In this document: positions 40,460 to 50,154 of the stretch, piece after piece
Numbering within the stretch: position 1 is the first letter of the stretch
How the letters are laid out: the number at the start of each line of letters is the position of its first letter
DNA from: Nitrospirota bacterium
GTDB lineage: Bacteria > Nitrospirota > Thermodesulfovibrionia > Thermodesulfovibrionales > Dissulfurispiraceae
DNA length: 64,000 bases
Direction: 5' to 3'
Assembly: GCA_963710375.1 (NCBI GenBank)
Contig: CAVPZX010000006.1
Coordinates: 64,001-128,000, forward strand
Made by a program: the position numbers and the translations under genes
The notes under the pieces: model-generated
What the model was told of the DNA's origin: nothing
What the model saw: only the letters and a program-made list of their open reading frames with translations
The model's database searches: none

Positions 40460-42330
40460 GTGAATACGAGAAGCTTTCCATATGCAATGACGCACAACTG
40501 ACACTCAGAAAGGCTCATGAAGACGGAGTTGAAACTGTCTGGGACAGATTCAAGAAGCAGGAGCCCCAGTGCGGATACTGTGAATTGGGGGTGTCATGCC
40601 GGATATGCGTTATGGGACCATGCCGTATTGATCCGTTTGGTGAAGGACCTCAGTACGGAGTCTGCGGCGCAGATGCTGATATTATAGTGGCAAGGAACCT
40701 GGCGCGCATGATTGCCGCAGGGGCCGCGTCCCATTCAGACCACGGCCGTGATCTGGTTGAAGTACTGCACAAAATAGGCCAGGGCCTCGCTCCGGGTTAC
40801 ACTATCAAGGATGCGGACAAGCTCAAACGGGTGGCTGCTGAATATGGCATCGACACCGCGGGACTTGGCAATGAGGATATTGCCACGCGGTTGGCAGAGG
40901 CCATGATGGAAGATTATGGTATGAAGAAGGAACAGATCACGCTAATAAACAGGGCCCCCAAACAACGGCTTGAATTATGGAAAAAGCTGAAAGTGATACC
41001 GCGCGGTATCGACAGGGAGACCTCGGAGACCATGCATCGCACTCACATGGGTGTGGACAATGAATATGTCTCCATACTGCTTCATGCTGTAAGAAACAGT
41101 CTTGCCGATGGCTACGGCGGGTCCCTGATCGGTACGGAACTGTCGGATATCATCTTTGGAACTCCCAAACCGGGTTTCTCCGAAGTCAACCTGGGTGTTC
41201 TGAAAGAGGATTACGTTAATATTCTGGTCCATGGTCATAGTCCTGTTGTTTCAGAAATGGTCGGGCTCGCGGTTGACGACAAAGAGATGATTGAATTGGC
41301 AAAATCCATGGGGGCAAAGGGCATCAACCTCGCAGGGCTCTGTTGTACGGGGAACGAGATAATGATGCGAAAGAAGATCCCTATGGCTGGAAACCATCTT
41401 ATGACTGAACTGACCATGGTCACCGGGGTAGTGGAATCCATGATCGTTGACTACCAGTGCATTATGCCGTCATTAGGACAGGTGGCGCAGTGCTATCATA
41501 CTAAGATGTACACGACATCGGATAAGGCAAAGTTCCCTTTTATGGAGCATGTTGAATTTACGCCGATGAATGCCAGAGAACAAGCATTCAGAATAGTGAA
41601 GGAGTCTGTAAAGAACTTCAGCCGCAGAAACAAGGACAAAGTATATATTCCCGTTGCTCCGGTCAGGAACATGACAGGGTTCTCTGTGGAGTCAATAGTG
41701 GCGGCTCTCGGCGGAAGCCTGACGCCCCTGATCGATGCTATCAAGGCGGGGAAAATAAAGGGTGCAGTCGGTGTGGTCGGCTGCAACAATCCCAAGATAA
41801 AGCAGGATTCCGGACATGTCGAACTTATCAAACGACTTATCGCCAATGATATACTGGTACTTACGACAGGGTGCGTTAATGTTGCGGCAGGCAAGGCGGG
41901 ACTGCAGGTGCCGGAGGCGAAGGAGATGGCCGGGCCGGGACTGAAAGAGATCTGTGGACTTCTGAATATCCCGCCATCACTGCATTTGGGCTCGTGTGTG
42001 GACAATTCCCGTATAATGGTCATTGCCTGTGCGCTTGCAAATGCGATCGGTGTGGATATTGATAAATTGCCGCTTGCCGGAGCTGCTCCTGAATGGTACT
42101 CCGAAAAGGCCGCGACTATCGCGTTTTATGTTATGGCCAGCGGAATCTTTACGGTGCTTGGGGTGATGCCCCCTATCCTGGGAAGCAAGAAAGTCACCGA
42201 ACTTGCCACATCAGGGTTGAACGGTGTATTTGGCGCATGCTTCGCTGTGGAACCCGATCCTGTAAAAGCGGCCCAACTTATCACAAATCATATTATGGAG
42301 AAAAGGAAAGGGTTGGGACTCAGTGCTTAG
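40456..42330 (+). CDS. cooS: Anaerobic Ni,Fe carbon monoxide dehydrogenase catalytic subunit
   Basis: CGYCELGVSCRICVMGPC, HSDH, HGH, CCTGNE, YQC, GCNN, TGC, GSCVDN, EKA ligands. Confidence 0.96.
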   Translation: MSEYEKLSICNDAQLTLRKAHEDGVETVWDRFKKQEPQCGYCELGVSCRICVMGPCRIDPFGEGPQYGVCGADADIIVARNLARMIAAGAASHSDHGRDLVEVLHKIGQGLAPGYTIKDADKLKRVAAEYGIDTAGLGNEDIATRLAEAMMEDYGMKKEQITLINRAPKQRLELWKKLKVIPRGIDRETSETMHRTHMGVDNEYVSILLHAVRNSLADGYGGSLIGTELSDIIFGTPKPGFSEVNLGVLKEDYVNILVHGHSPVVSEMVGLAVDDKEMIELAKSMGAKGINLAGLCCTGNEIMMRKKIPMAGNHLMTELTMVTGVVESMIVDYQCIMPSLGQVAQCYHTKMYTTSDKAKFPFMEHVEFTPMNAREQAFRIVKESVKNFSRRNKDKVYIPVAPVRNMTGFSVESIVAALGGSLTPLIDAIKAGKIKGAVGVVGCNNPKIKQDSGHVELIKRLIANDILVLTTGCVNVAAGKAGLQVPEAKEMAGPGLKEICGLLNIPPSLHLGSCVDNSRIMVIACALANAIGVDIDKLPLAGAAPEWYSEKAATIAFYVMASGIFTVLGVMPPILGSKKVTELATSGLNGVFGACFAVEPDPVKAAQLITNHIMEKRKGLGLSA

Positions 42331-42336
42331 CTGACT

Positions 42337-42370
42337 TACGGAAGAGACCGGCTACCCGGTCTCTTCCGTA
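42337..42370. terminator. 15-bp perfect hairpin between convergent cooS and modA
   Basis: TACGGAAGAGACCGG-ctac-CCGGTCTCTTCCGTA. Confidence 0.65.
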
Positions 42371-42429
42371 TCGAGGCTGAACCCGTGCAGTTTTTCTTCA
42401 ATAAGAAGAGCACGGAACTATCCATTTTT

Positions 42430-43206
42430 TTATTTGGCTACTGTTTTAAATCCGTATTTCGCCAATATCTTCTTCCCTTCCGGCGAAGTCACCAGGGCAA
42501 TGAATGCCTTTGCCAGCGCGCCATTTTGGGATGCTTTTACCACGGCAATGGGATACACAACCGGTTTATGGCTGGCTTCGGGCGCTGTTGCCGCAATGGC
42601 CACTTCGTTTATCCTGATCGTCGCATCGGTAGAATACACTACACCTGCGTCAACCTCGCCCCTGGCCACATAGTCAAGCACCTGTCGCACGTTTTCTGTG
42701 AAGATCAATTTGTCTTTTAAACCGGCAAGCATCTTATAGTATGTTAAAACATCTTCTGCGTACCTGCCGGCAGGCACTGTCCTGGGATCGCCGATTGCGA
42801 TCTTTTTTACGTTTTCAGATTGGAGGTCGCCAAAGGATTTTATCGGGACCCTCGTGCTGCGAGGGACTATAAGCACAACAGTGTTGGCAGCAAAATTGGT
42901 CCTGGTACCGGGACTGATCAATCCCCTTGCCTCGGCGTCATTCATGTCTTTCTGGGCAGCAGAGGCGAAGACGTCAACAGGGGCTCCACCCGCGATTTGT
43001 TGCATCAGGTCTCCGGACGCCCCGAAATTAAACACCACTTTTGTCCCCCTGTTTTTTGCTTCGTAAATCTTGCCTATTTCCTCAAAGGCATTTTTCAGAC
43101 TTATAGCCGCAGAAACAATTATTTCCTTTGGGGGTGCGGCGAAAGCGAGCGATGATGACAAAAAGGCTGCTACAGTAATAAGTGCCAAAAGTATTTTTTT
43201 GAACAT
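42430..43206 (-). CDS. modA: Molybdate ABC transporter periplasmic binding protein
   Basis: Signal peptide, SAAISL, FGASG, DVFASA, VPAGRYA, NVRQVL; GGAGG SD before ATG 43206. Confidence 0.93.
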   Translation of the reverse strand: MFKKILLALITVAAFLSSSLAFAAPPKEIIVSAAISLKNAFEEIGKIYEAKNRGTKVVFNFGASGDLMQQIAGGAPVDVFASAAQKDMNDAEARGLISPGTRTNFAANTVVLIVPRSTRVPIKSFGDLQSENVKKIAIGDPRTVPAGRYAEDVLTYYKMLAGLKDKLIFTENVRQVLDYVARGEVDAGVVYSTDATIRINEVAIAATAPEASHKPVVYPIAVVKASQNGALAKAFIALVTSPEGKKILAKYGFKTVAK

Positions 43207-43313
43207 GGGTCCTTTTCCTCCTTCGATTGAAACCTGCACAGGGTACTCCTTAAGTTATAAAGCCTGTCCCATGCGTAATTTATTTTACAACACAAATAGG
43301 ACTATTGCAAAAG

Positions 43314-43337
43314 CGTTAGGCCATAATGTATATTACG
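43314..43337. promoter_or_regulatory. Candidate ModE operator in the divergent modA/modE intergenic region
   Basis: CGTTAGGCC-N6-TATATTACG; 9-6-9 layout resembling CGNTATATA-N6-TATATAACG. Confidence 0.4.
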
Positions 43338-43349
43338 CTTTAAATAAAC

Positions 43350-43727
43350 ATGGACAATAGAACTTCTCGTAAACAGGAAAAGTTATGCCCTTCTCTCAGA
43401 GGCCATATCTGGATCGAGGGAAGCGAAGGCACATTTCTGGGGTATGGAAGGATAGCTCTCCTTGAGCGGATTCGCGAATACGGCTCTATCACGAAGGCGG
43501 CAAAGTCGCTGGAGATGCCGTACCGGAAGGCCTGGTTACTAATTGATTCAATGAACCAGCAAGTGCCTAAACCATATGTTGTGACTTCTGCCGGAGGCAG
43601 GAAGGGCGGAGGCACCAGGGTCACACCTGAGGGTGAAAAAGCAATAAAAGTGTTCTGGAAAATCCACGCTAAATTCCAAAAATTTTTAATGAGCCAGGCT
43701 GGCGTAGTCAGCTCCATCTGTAAATAG
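43350..43727 (+). CDS. modE: ModE-family winged-helix regulator (DNA-binding domain only)
   Basis: GRIALLERI..YGSITKAAKSL.MPYRKAW, GG..GGG..VT; no molybdate-binding Mop domain. Confidence 0.85.
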   Translation: MDNRTSRKQEKLCPSLRGHIWIEGSEGTFLGYGRIALLERIREYGSITKAAKSLEMPYRKAWLLIDSMNQQVPKPYVVTSAGGRKGGGTRVTPEGEKAIKVFWKIHAKFQKFLMSQAGVVSSICK

Positions 43728-43741
43728 GCGGGAGGTAACTT

Positions 43742-46426
43742 GTGAGTATCAGGGTCATTATCAACGGCATCCAAAAAATTGTCGAGGAAGGGCAGACCAT
43801 CCTTGAGATCTGCAGGGAGTCAGGGTTATTCATCCCGACATTATGCTACGATGAAAGACTTGAGCCGTACGGAGGCTGCCGTCTTTGCCTCGTCGAGATC
43901 AAGGGCATTCCGAGACCGCTTGCCGCCTGTACAACACCTGTTCAGGACGGCATGGAAATAGCCACTGAAACCGAAAAGCTGACCCATCTTAGAAGGACCA
44001 ATCTCTCCCTTATTCTCTCGAACCATCCCAATGATTGCATGTGTTGTGAAAAGGCGGGAGATTGCGATCTTCAGGAATTGGCCTATATGTATAATGTCAG
44101 ACCCGGAGAATTCGAGGGCGAGAAATGGGACCTCCCTATACGGGAAGACAATCCTTTCATAACTTATGAGCCGAATAAATGTATTCTATGTGCGCGTTGC
44201 ACGCGCATCTGCAATGAAGTGGTAATGGCCGGAACAATAGACCTTGTCGGAAGGGGCTTTAAAGCGATGCCGGACACGGCCTACAGGAAACCCCGCACAC
44301 TCGAAAACTGCGAGTTCTGCGGGCAATGCGTCTCCACCTGTCCCACCGGTGCGCTGACCGACCGGAAAGGCAAGGGCAAGGGCCGTTCCCTTGATATTAA
44401 GAAAGTAAAGACCACCTGTTCTTACTGTGGGACCGGATGTAATTTCTATCTGAATGTGAAAGACAATAAGGTCGTAAAAGTGACCTCCGACTACGATGCT
44501 CCTGTGAACAGGGGCAACCTCTGTATCAAGGGAAGATACGGGTACGATTTCATTCACAGCGATGACAGGCTGAAGACCCCTCTTATTAAGAGGGACGGGG
44601 TCTTCCACGAGGCCACATGGGACGAAGCGCTTGAACTCGTCGCTAATAAATTCAGGGAACTGATAGACAAATACGGACCGGAAAAAGTCGGCGGGTTTTC
44701 GTCGTCGCGGTGTACGAACGAAGAAAATTATCTCCTTGCAAAATGGGCCAGATGCGCAGTTGGGTCGAACAACGTCGACAACTGCGCCCGAGTCTGACAC
44801 GCCCCTACTGTGGCCGGTCTGGCCACAAGCCTTGGAGCGGGAGCTTCTACTAATTCATTAAGTCAGATGCCGGATATGGACACACTGTTTCTGTTCGGAT
44901 CGAATCCTACGGAAGGTCATCCGATCATTTCTTTATGGCTTAAAAAGGCCTTGCGCCACGGCGCTAAACTCATCGTCGGAGATCCGAGAAAGACCTGGAT
45001 GGCGAAACGCTCCGACGTCTGGCTGAACCTCAAGCCCGGCAGCAATATCGCCATGTTGAACGGTCTTATTAATGTCATCCTTAAAAACGGCTGGGAAAAC
45101 TTGGATTTCATAGCCAAAAGGACGGAAGGTTTTGAGGAACTGAAAGCCAAGGTCCGGCATTATGATCTTGACCATGTGGAGAAGCTTACAGGTGTCTCGA
45201 AAGAGAAGATCATTGAAGCGGCCCGTATATATTCTCATGCCGGCAAGGCCATGATAGTGTACGGTCTCGGCGTAACCGAGCACCAGACAGGCACTGAAAA
45301 CGCTATGGCAATTGCCAATCTTGCGCTTGTCTGCGGTCAACTCGGAAGACCCTCAACCGGTATTATGGCGCTGAGAGGTCAGAACAATGTCCAGGGCGCA
45401 TCAGACCTCGGTCCGCTTCCTGCAACGCTGCCGGGCTATCAGCCCGTCACCGATCCGAAGGTGCGTGAAAAGTTCGAGAAGGCATGGAACGTCAAGATAA
45501 GCCCCAAACCGGGACTTAAATCAGTTGAGATGCTGGATGAGTGCAAGCGGGGAAATTTCAAGGGCTTGTACATACTCGGAGAAGACCCGGCACAGACAGA
45601 CCCTGACCTTAATCATGTCCGGAGCGCATTGGAGTCGATAGAGTTTCTTGTAGTGCAGGACATATTCCCTACCGAGACGACACAGTTTGCCCATGTAATC
45701 CTGCCAGGCGCAAGCTTTGCCGAAAAAGACGGGTCGTTTACGAACGGGGAGCGCAGGGTGCAGCGTGTAAGAAAGGCAATAGAGCCTCTAGCCTGCATGG
45801 CGGATTGGCAGGTCATCAGCAGAATTTCAACACTTATGGGATATCCAATGCATTATAATGGCCCCTCTGAGATAATGGACGAAATCGCGGGCCTGGTGCC
45901 CATGTACGGCGGAATTAGCTACGAGCGTATTGAGAAGCAGGGAATCCAGTGGCCCTGTCCTACAAAAGACCATCCCGGCACGACCACGCTCTACACTGAT
46001 TTATTCGCGCGGCCCGGAGGATTGGCCAAGTTCATGGCACTGGACCACAAAGGATCCGGCGAAAAGACTGATAAAGAATACCCGTTGGTATTGATAACAG
46101 GAAGGATCCGGGAACATTACAATAACGGTTCCATGACCGGAAGGGTGCCGGGGATCATGGAACTGGTCCCTGAAGAACTGCTCGAGATAAGTCCGGAGGA
46201 TGCGAGGGCGTTAAAGATCAAAAGCGGCGAAATGGTCAGCGTCTCTTCGAGAAGGGGTTCAGTCAAGGCAAAGGCCAAGGTGAGCGATCGCTCACAAGAG
46301 GGCAATATTTTTATGACGTTCCATTTCAGGAATACACTTACCAATATTCTTACCTCGGAACATCGCGATCCAATATCAGGAACGCCGGAATACAAGTCAT
46401 GCGCCGTGAGGATAGAAAAGTTATGA
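43742..46426 (+). CDS. fdhF: Selenocysteine-containing formate dehydrogenase alpha subunit (894 aa; UGA at 44795-44797 = Sec)
   Basis: N-terminal 2Fe-2S/4Fe-4S domains, CSYCGTGC, then NVDNCARV-U-HAPTVAGL in frame with the downstream ORF; LRGQNNVQG, PEYK. Confidence 0.93.
44795..44830 (+). promoter_or_regulatory. Bacterial SECIS element
   Basis: UGA followed 11 nt later by stem TGTGGCC-GGTCT-GGCCACA (44809-44827), same register and GGUCU apex as the E. coli fdhF SECIS. Confidence 0.85.
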
Positions 46427-46505
46427 TTTCTCTTACTTAAAATAATCAAATTGATAAGTCCCCAATCAACCCGGTGCGAAAAGCTCGAATTGACAGAAGG
46501 GTCCC

Positions 46506-46711
46506 GCAATTCAGACAGTGTAATGAAGGATATGTCTCCTACGCTCAGGCGCTACGTCCTGACAGTTCTAACGGCTTGTTCGCTACAGTCGCAAAACTCG
46601 CCCTTCGGGCTCAGACATTGCGCCTGTTAGACGCTCACTTCGCCGAGAACTGTTACCAGGACTCCGCGATTCGCTTCAGAGACATATCCTTCATTACACT
46701 GTCTGAATTGC
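46506..46711. mobile_element. 206-bp TIR-bounded MITE/REP-like element, family D
   Basis: Perfect 33-bp inverted repeats GCAATTCAGACAGTGTAATGAAGGATATGTCTC (46506-46538 and 46679-46711); internal GCCC-TTCG-GGC hairpin. Confidence 0.75.
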
Positions 46712-46748
46712 AGAGAAGAGTCAGCCACTTTTGCACATGATCCAAAAC

Positions 46749-46772
46749 AGTTGTATAATTGAAAATATAGCG
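46749..46772. promoter_or_regulatory. Candidate ModE operator upstream of the Moco gene cluster
   Basis: Reverse complement reads CGCTATATT-ttcaat-TATACAACT; overlaps a TATAAT -10. Confidence 0.55.
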
Positions 46773-46814
46773 TTACTTGGCTTACGGATATGGTGAATGA
46801 ATGGAAGTAATTCG

Positions 46815-47840
46815 ATGAAAACAATATCGGTCTTCGAAGCTGAAGGCATGGTCCTGTGCCACGATATTACAGAGATTGTACCGGATATGTTCAAGGGCAG
46901 GGCATTCAAAAAAGGGCATGTGGTCCGGCGCGAGGACATCCCCAGGCTGCTCGATCTCGGCAAAGAGCATCTTTATGTCATGGAATTGAATGAAAAAATG
47001 CTGCACGAAAACGACGCAGCGACAAGATTGGCCGTGGCAGCCGGAGGCCCCGGCATCAGCCTGACCGAGCCGGTGGAAGGCAAGGTTGAGCTGAAGTCTG
47101 AAATCAACGGCCTCTTAAAAATCAATGTCCAGGCGCTGGAAGATGTCAATGACATAGACCAGATCATTATTGCTTCAATCCACTCAAACCGGATGGTAAC
47201 CGCGGGGAAAACCCTGGCGGGCTGCCGTGTCGTCCCCCTGGTCATTGAATCTGAAAAAATAGATAAGGTGGAGACAATCTGCCGGACCTCTTTCCCGCTG
47301 TTCGAAGTAAAGCCGCTGCGTTCACTGAACGTGGGCATCATCACGACGGGAAGCGAAGTTTATCACGGCCGCATCCAGGACAAGTTTGGCCCGGTGCTGA
47401 TAGAGAAAGTTTATAAATTGGGCAGCCGTGTGATGCGCCAGCTTTTCGTGTCCGACAGCATTTCGATGATCGTAGAAGCGATCGAAGCGTTGCTGCGGGA
47501 GGGGGCCGGGTTGATTCTCATTTCAGGCGGTATGTCGGTCGATCCGGATGACGTGACGCCGGCGGGTATCAAGGCCGCAGGCGGCACTGTGGTTTCCTAC
47601 GGCGCTCCCGTACTTCCCGGCGCCATGTTCATGCTGGCATATATTGGATCGATCCCTGTGCTCGGCCTGCCGGGGTGCGTAATGTATCACAAGACGACGA
47701 TCTTCGATCTCCTGCTTCCCCGGATCCTGGCCGGCGACGGGATCACACGCAAGGATATTGTCAGGCTCGGCCACGGCGGGTTGTGTTCGATGTGCAATCC
47801 CTGCAAGTATCCAGATTGTGCGTTCGGGAAAGGGCATTGA
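46815..47840 (+). CDS. Molybdopterin-binding protein (MoeA/MoCF_biosynth-like) with C-terminal Cys cluster
   Basis: GMVLCHDITEI, HENDAA, TTGSEV, GGMSVDPDD.TP, PVLPG, GGLC..C..C.YP.C. Confidence 0.82.
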   Translation: MKTISVFEAEGMVLCHDITEIVPDMFKGRAFKKGHVVRREDIPRLLDLGKEHLYVMELNEKMLHENDAATRLAVAAGGPGISLTEPVEGKVELKSEINGLLKINVQALEDVNDIDQIIIASIHSNRMVTAGKTLAGCRVVPLVIESEKIDKVETICRTSFPLFEVKPLRSLNVGIITTGSEVYHGRIQDKFGPVLIEKVYKLGSRVMRQLFVSDSISMIVEAIEALLREGAGLILISGGMSVDPDDVTPAGIKAAGGTVVSYGAPVLPGAMFMLAYIGSIPVLGLPGCVMYHKTTIFDLLLPRILAGDGITRKDIVRLGHGGLCSMCNPCKYPDCAFGKGH

Positions 47841-47880
47841 AAATTAGACCCATGGTTTCATCCGGTTGTCTGCCGCATCC

Positions 47881-48933
47881 ATGATGAAAAAATTGTATCG
47901 TCAGATGGCGGATCTCCTGCTCAGCGGAGAGAGTTTCGTTATGGCGACTGTTTTCGATAAAACCGGATCAGCGCCGCGGTCCGACGGCTCAAAAATGGTT
48001 GTTCGCAGCAACGGCTCGATCATAGGATCGGTTGGCGGCGGGCGTCTGGAAGCCGATGCAATGCAGCTTGCAAAGAGCGTCTTTCAGAGCAAGCAACCCT
48101 TGATCCAGTCCTTTGCCCTTACCGGAGAGGATGCTGATGGCATGGCGATGATCTGCGGCGGGCAGGGAAAGATTCTGCTCGATTATATCGACGGAAATGA
48201 TCAAAACAACCGGATCCTTTTCGATAAAGCCGCGGCAATTCTCCAACGAGGCAGTAAAGCCTGGCTGGTAACCGCGCTCGGAGATCCGAAACAAAAAGCC
48301 ATACCGGCGCGGCAGCAGTGCCTGGTCAAGCATGATGGAACACTTATCGGGACGATCGGCTGCGATCCGGGATTTCTAACAAAACTTGTTTCCGGACCGG
48401 CGAGACTGTCCATCCATGCAGAGGTGCTCAACAACATCTTCATCCTTGTCGAGCCGATCCGTCAGACGGGAACGCTATATATCTTCGGGGCCGGTCATGT
48501 ATCGCAGAAAATCGCGCCACTGGCCGAGACCGTCGGGTTCAGGACCGTGGTACTGGACGACCGCAGTGAATACGCAAGCCGGGCGAAGTTCGCAGAACCT
48601 ACGGAGCTCATACTTATTGAATCATTTTCCCGATTGCCCGACCTGGGCATAGACGACAACAGCTATCTCGTGATTGTGACCAGGGGACATATGCACGACA
48701 AGGTGGTCCTGGAGCAGGCTTTGAGGACAGAGGCAGTGTATATCGGAATGATCGGAAGCCGGCGGAAGCGGGATACTATTTTCGAGACCCTGATACAGAA
48801 GGGCGTAACCAGGCATGATCTGGATCGTGTATATTCACCCATCGGCACCGATATCGGGGCGGAGACGCCCGAGGAACTCGCCGTGAGCATAGTTGGTGAG
48901 TTGATCAAGGTGCGCGCGGAACGGGAATGCTGA
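47881..48933 (+). CDS. XdhC/CoxI family Moco carrier/maturation factor
   Basis: GSAPR, GSVGGG.LE, MICGG, FGAGHV, VTRGH..D, YIGMIGS, SPIG..IGAETPEELA. Confidence 0.92.
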   Translation: MMKKLYRQMADLLLSGESFVMATVFDKTGSAPRSDGSKMVVRSNGSIIGSVGGGRLEADAMQLAKSVFQSKQPLIQSFALTGEDADGMAMICGGQGKILLDYIDGNDQNNRILFDKAAAILQRGSKAWLVTALGDPKQKAIPARQQCLVKHDGTLIGTIGCDPGFLTKLVSGPARLSIHAEVLNNIFILVEPIRQTGTLYIFGAGHVSQKIAPLAETVGFRTVVLDDRSEYASRAKFAEPTELILIESFSRLPDLGIDDNSYLVIVTRGHMHDKVVLEQALRTEAVYIGMIGSRRKRDTIFETLIQKGVTRHDLDRVYSPIGTDIGAETPEELAVSIVGELIKVRAEREC

Positions 48934-50093
48934 ACTCAAAAGAAGTAGCCGCCTTGGTGTTGGCTGCTGGTTGCTCATCACGGGCTCCTGGATTTAAACC
49001 GTTGCTGCCGCTGGGCGATGGCACTGTTATAGAAGCAACAGTTCGGAACCTCCGCCGCGGGGGCGTTGACGATATCATTGTTGTTATCGGCTACCGCATA
49101 TCAGAAATGATCCGTGAGTTGAACCGTCTGGATATACGGTATGTTTTCAATAAAGACTACGAAAAGGGAATGTTTTCATCGGTCGTCGCCGGGGTAAGTT
49201 CCATCTCTTCTCATGCAGAGGCTTTTTTCTTGTTGCCCTGCGACATGCCGCTTGTGCGGAGTCATACCGTTCGGATGCTTTGGAATGCATACCACCGGGT
49301 GAGCGCGAAAGTGATCTATCCGGTATTCCTAACGCAGCGGGGCCATCCACCGCTCATTTCAGCGCAGTGTTGCCCGGCGATTGCATCATGGACGCGACCG
49401 GAGGGGTTAAGCTCCCTTTTAGCTCTTTATGAAGATCAATCGTATGAGGTCGAAACAGCGGACGAAGGGATATTGATGGATATCGACAGTCCCGAAGACT
49501 ACACCAAAGTCGTGGATCGTTTTCAACACCGTGAGATCCCGACGCATAACGAATGTGAAGCAATCCTTGCCAAATTGGACGTATCGGAAGGTGTTGTGAG
49601 GCATAGCAGGCTTGTGTCCGAGGTTGCCCGGATCCTGGCGGAGCGATTGAATCGAGCAGGGTTGAGACTGAATGTCGGACTTGTTGTGGCTGGAGGGATG
49701 CTGCATGATCTTGCAAAAGGAAGGTCACATCACGAACGTCTCGGGGCACGAATGCTGGATATCCTGGAGTATTGCGATGTGGCTGCAATTGTTGCCTTGC
49801 ACCGTGACATCCAATTCGAGGAAGGGCAGCCGCCGAACGAAGCTGCGGTGCTCTACCTGGCTGATAAATTGGTAAAAGGCGATCGTCTTGTCTCAATCGA
49901 CGAGCGGTTTCAGGGAACTCTGGAGAAGTTTTCGCGGAACTTTGAAGTTCTTCTCAGGGTAAGGCAGCGCCTGCTCAATGCGCGGGTCATAGGCAGAGCG
50001 GTGGAGCGTTTGATTGGAACGAGCCTGGAACAGGCTCTTTCGGAGGATCGTGAAAAGAGAATAGGGAAAAGCACCTGGGGCATACCGATTTGA
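48927..50093 (+). CDS. MocA-like molybdenum cofactor cytidylyltransferase fused to an HD domain
   Basis: LAAGCSSR, KPLL, GMFSSV, PCDMP, GHPP, DIDSPEDY; then HS..V, LHDLAK, H, YLADK. Confidence 0.82.
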   Translation: MLNSKEVAALVLAAGCSSRAPGFKPLLPLGDGTVIEATVRNLRRGGVDDIIVVIGYRISEMIRELNRLDIRYVFNKDYEKGMFSSVVAGVSSISSHAEAFFLLPCDMPLVRSHTVRMLWNAYHRVSAKVIYPVFLTQRGHPPLISAQCCPAIASWTRPEGLSSLLALYEDQSYEVETADEGILMDIDSPEDYTKVVDRFQHREIPTHNECEAILAKLDVSEGVVRHSRLVSEVARILAERLNRAGLRLNVGLVVAGGMLHDLAKGRSHHERLGARMLDILEYCDVAAIVALHRDIQFEEGQPPNEAAVLYLADKLVKGDRLVSIDERFQGTLEKFSRNFEVLLRVRQRLLNARVIGRAVERLIGTSLEQALSEDREKRIGKSTWGIPI

Positions 50094-50154
50094 ACCGGAA
50101 GATCTATTGTTTGACATTTATAATCACTTAGAGTTTTTATAAGTATAAGTATGA

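Noticed and set aside
46474..46824. Opposing small ORFs sharing QFRQCNEGYVS
   Set aside because: Artefact of the 33-bp inverted repeats.
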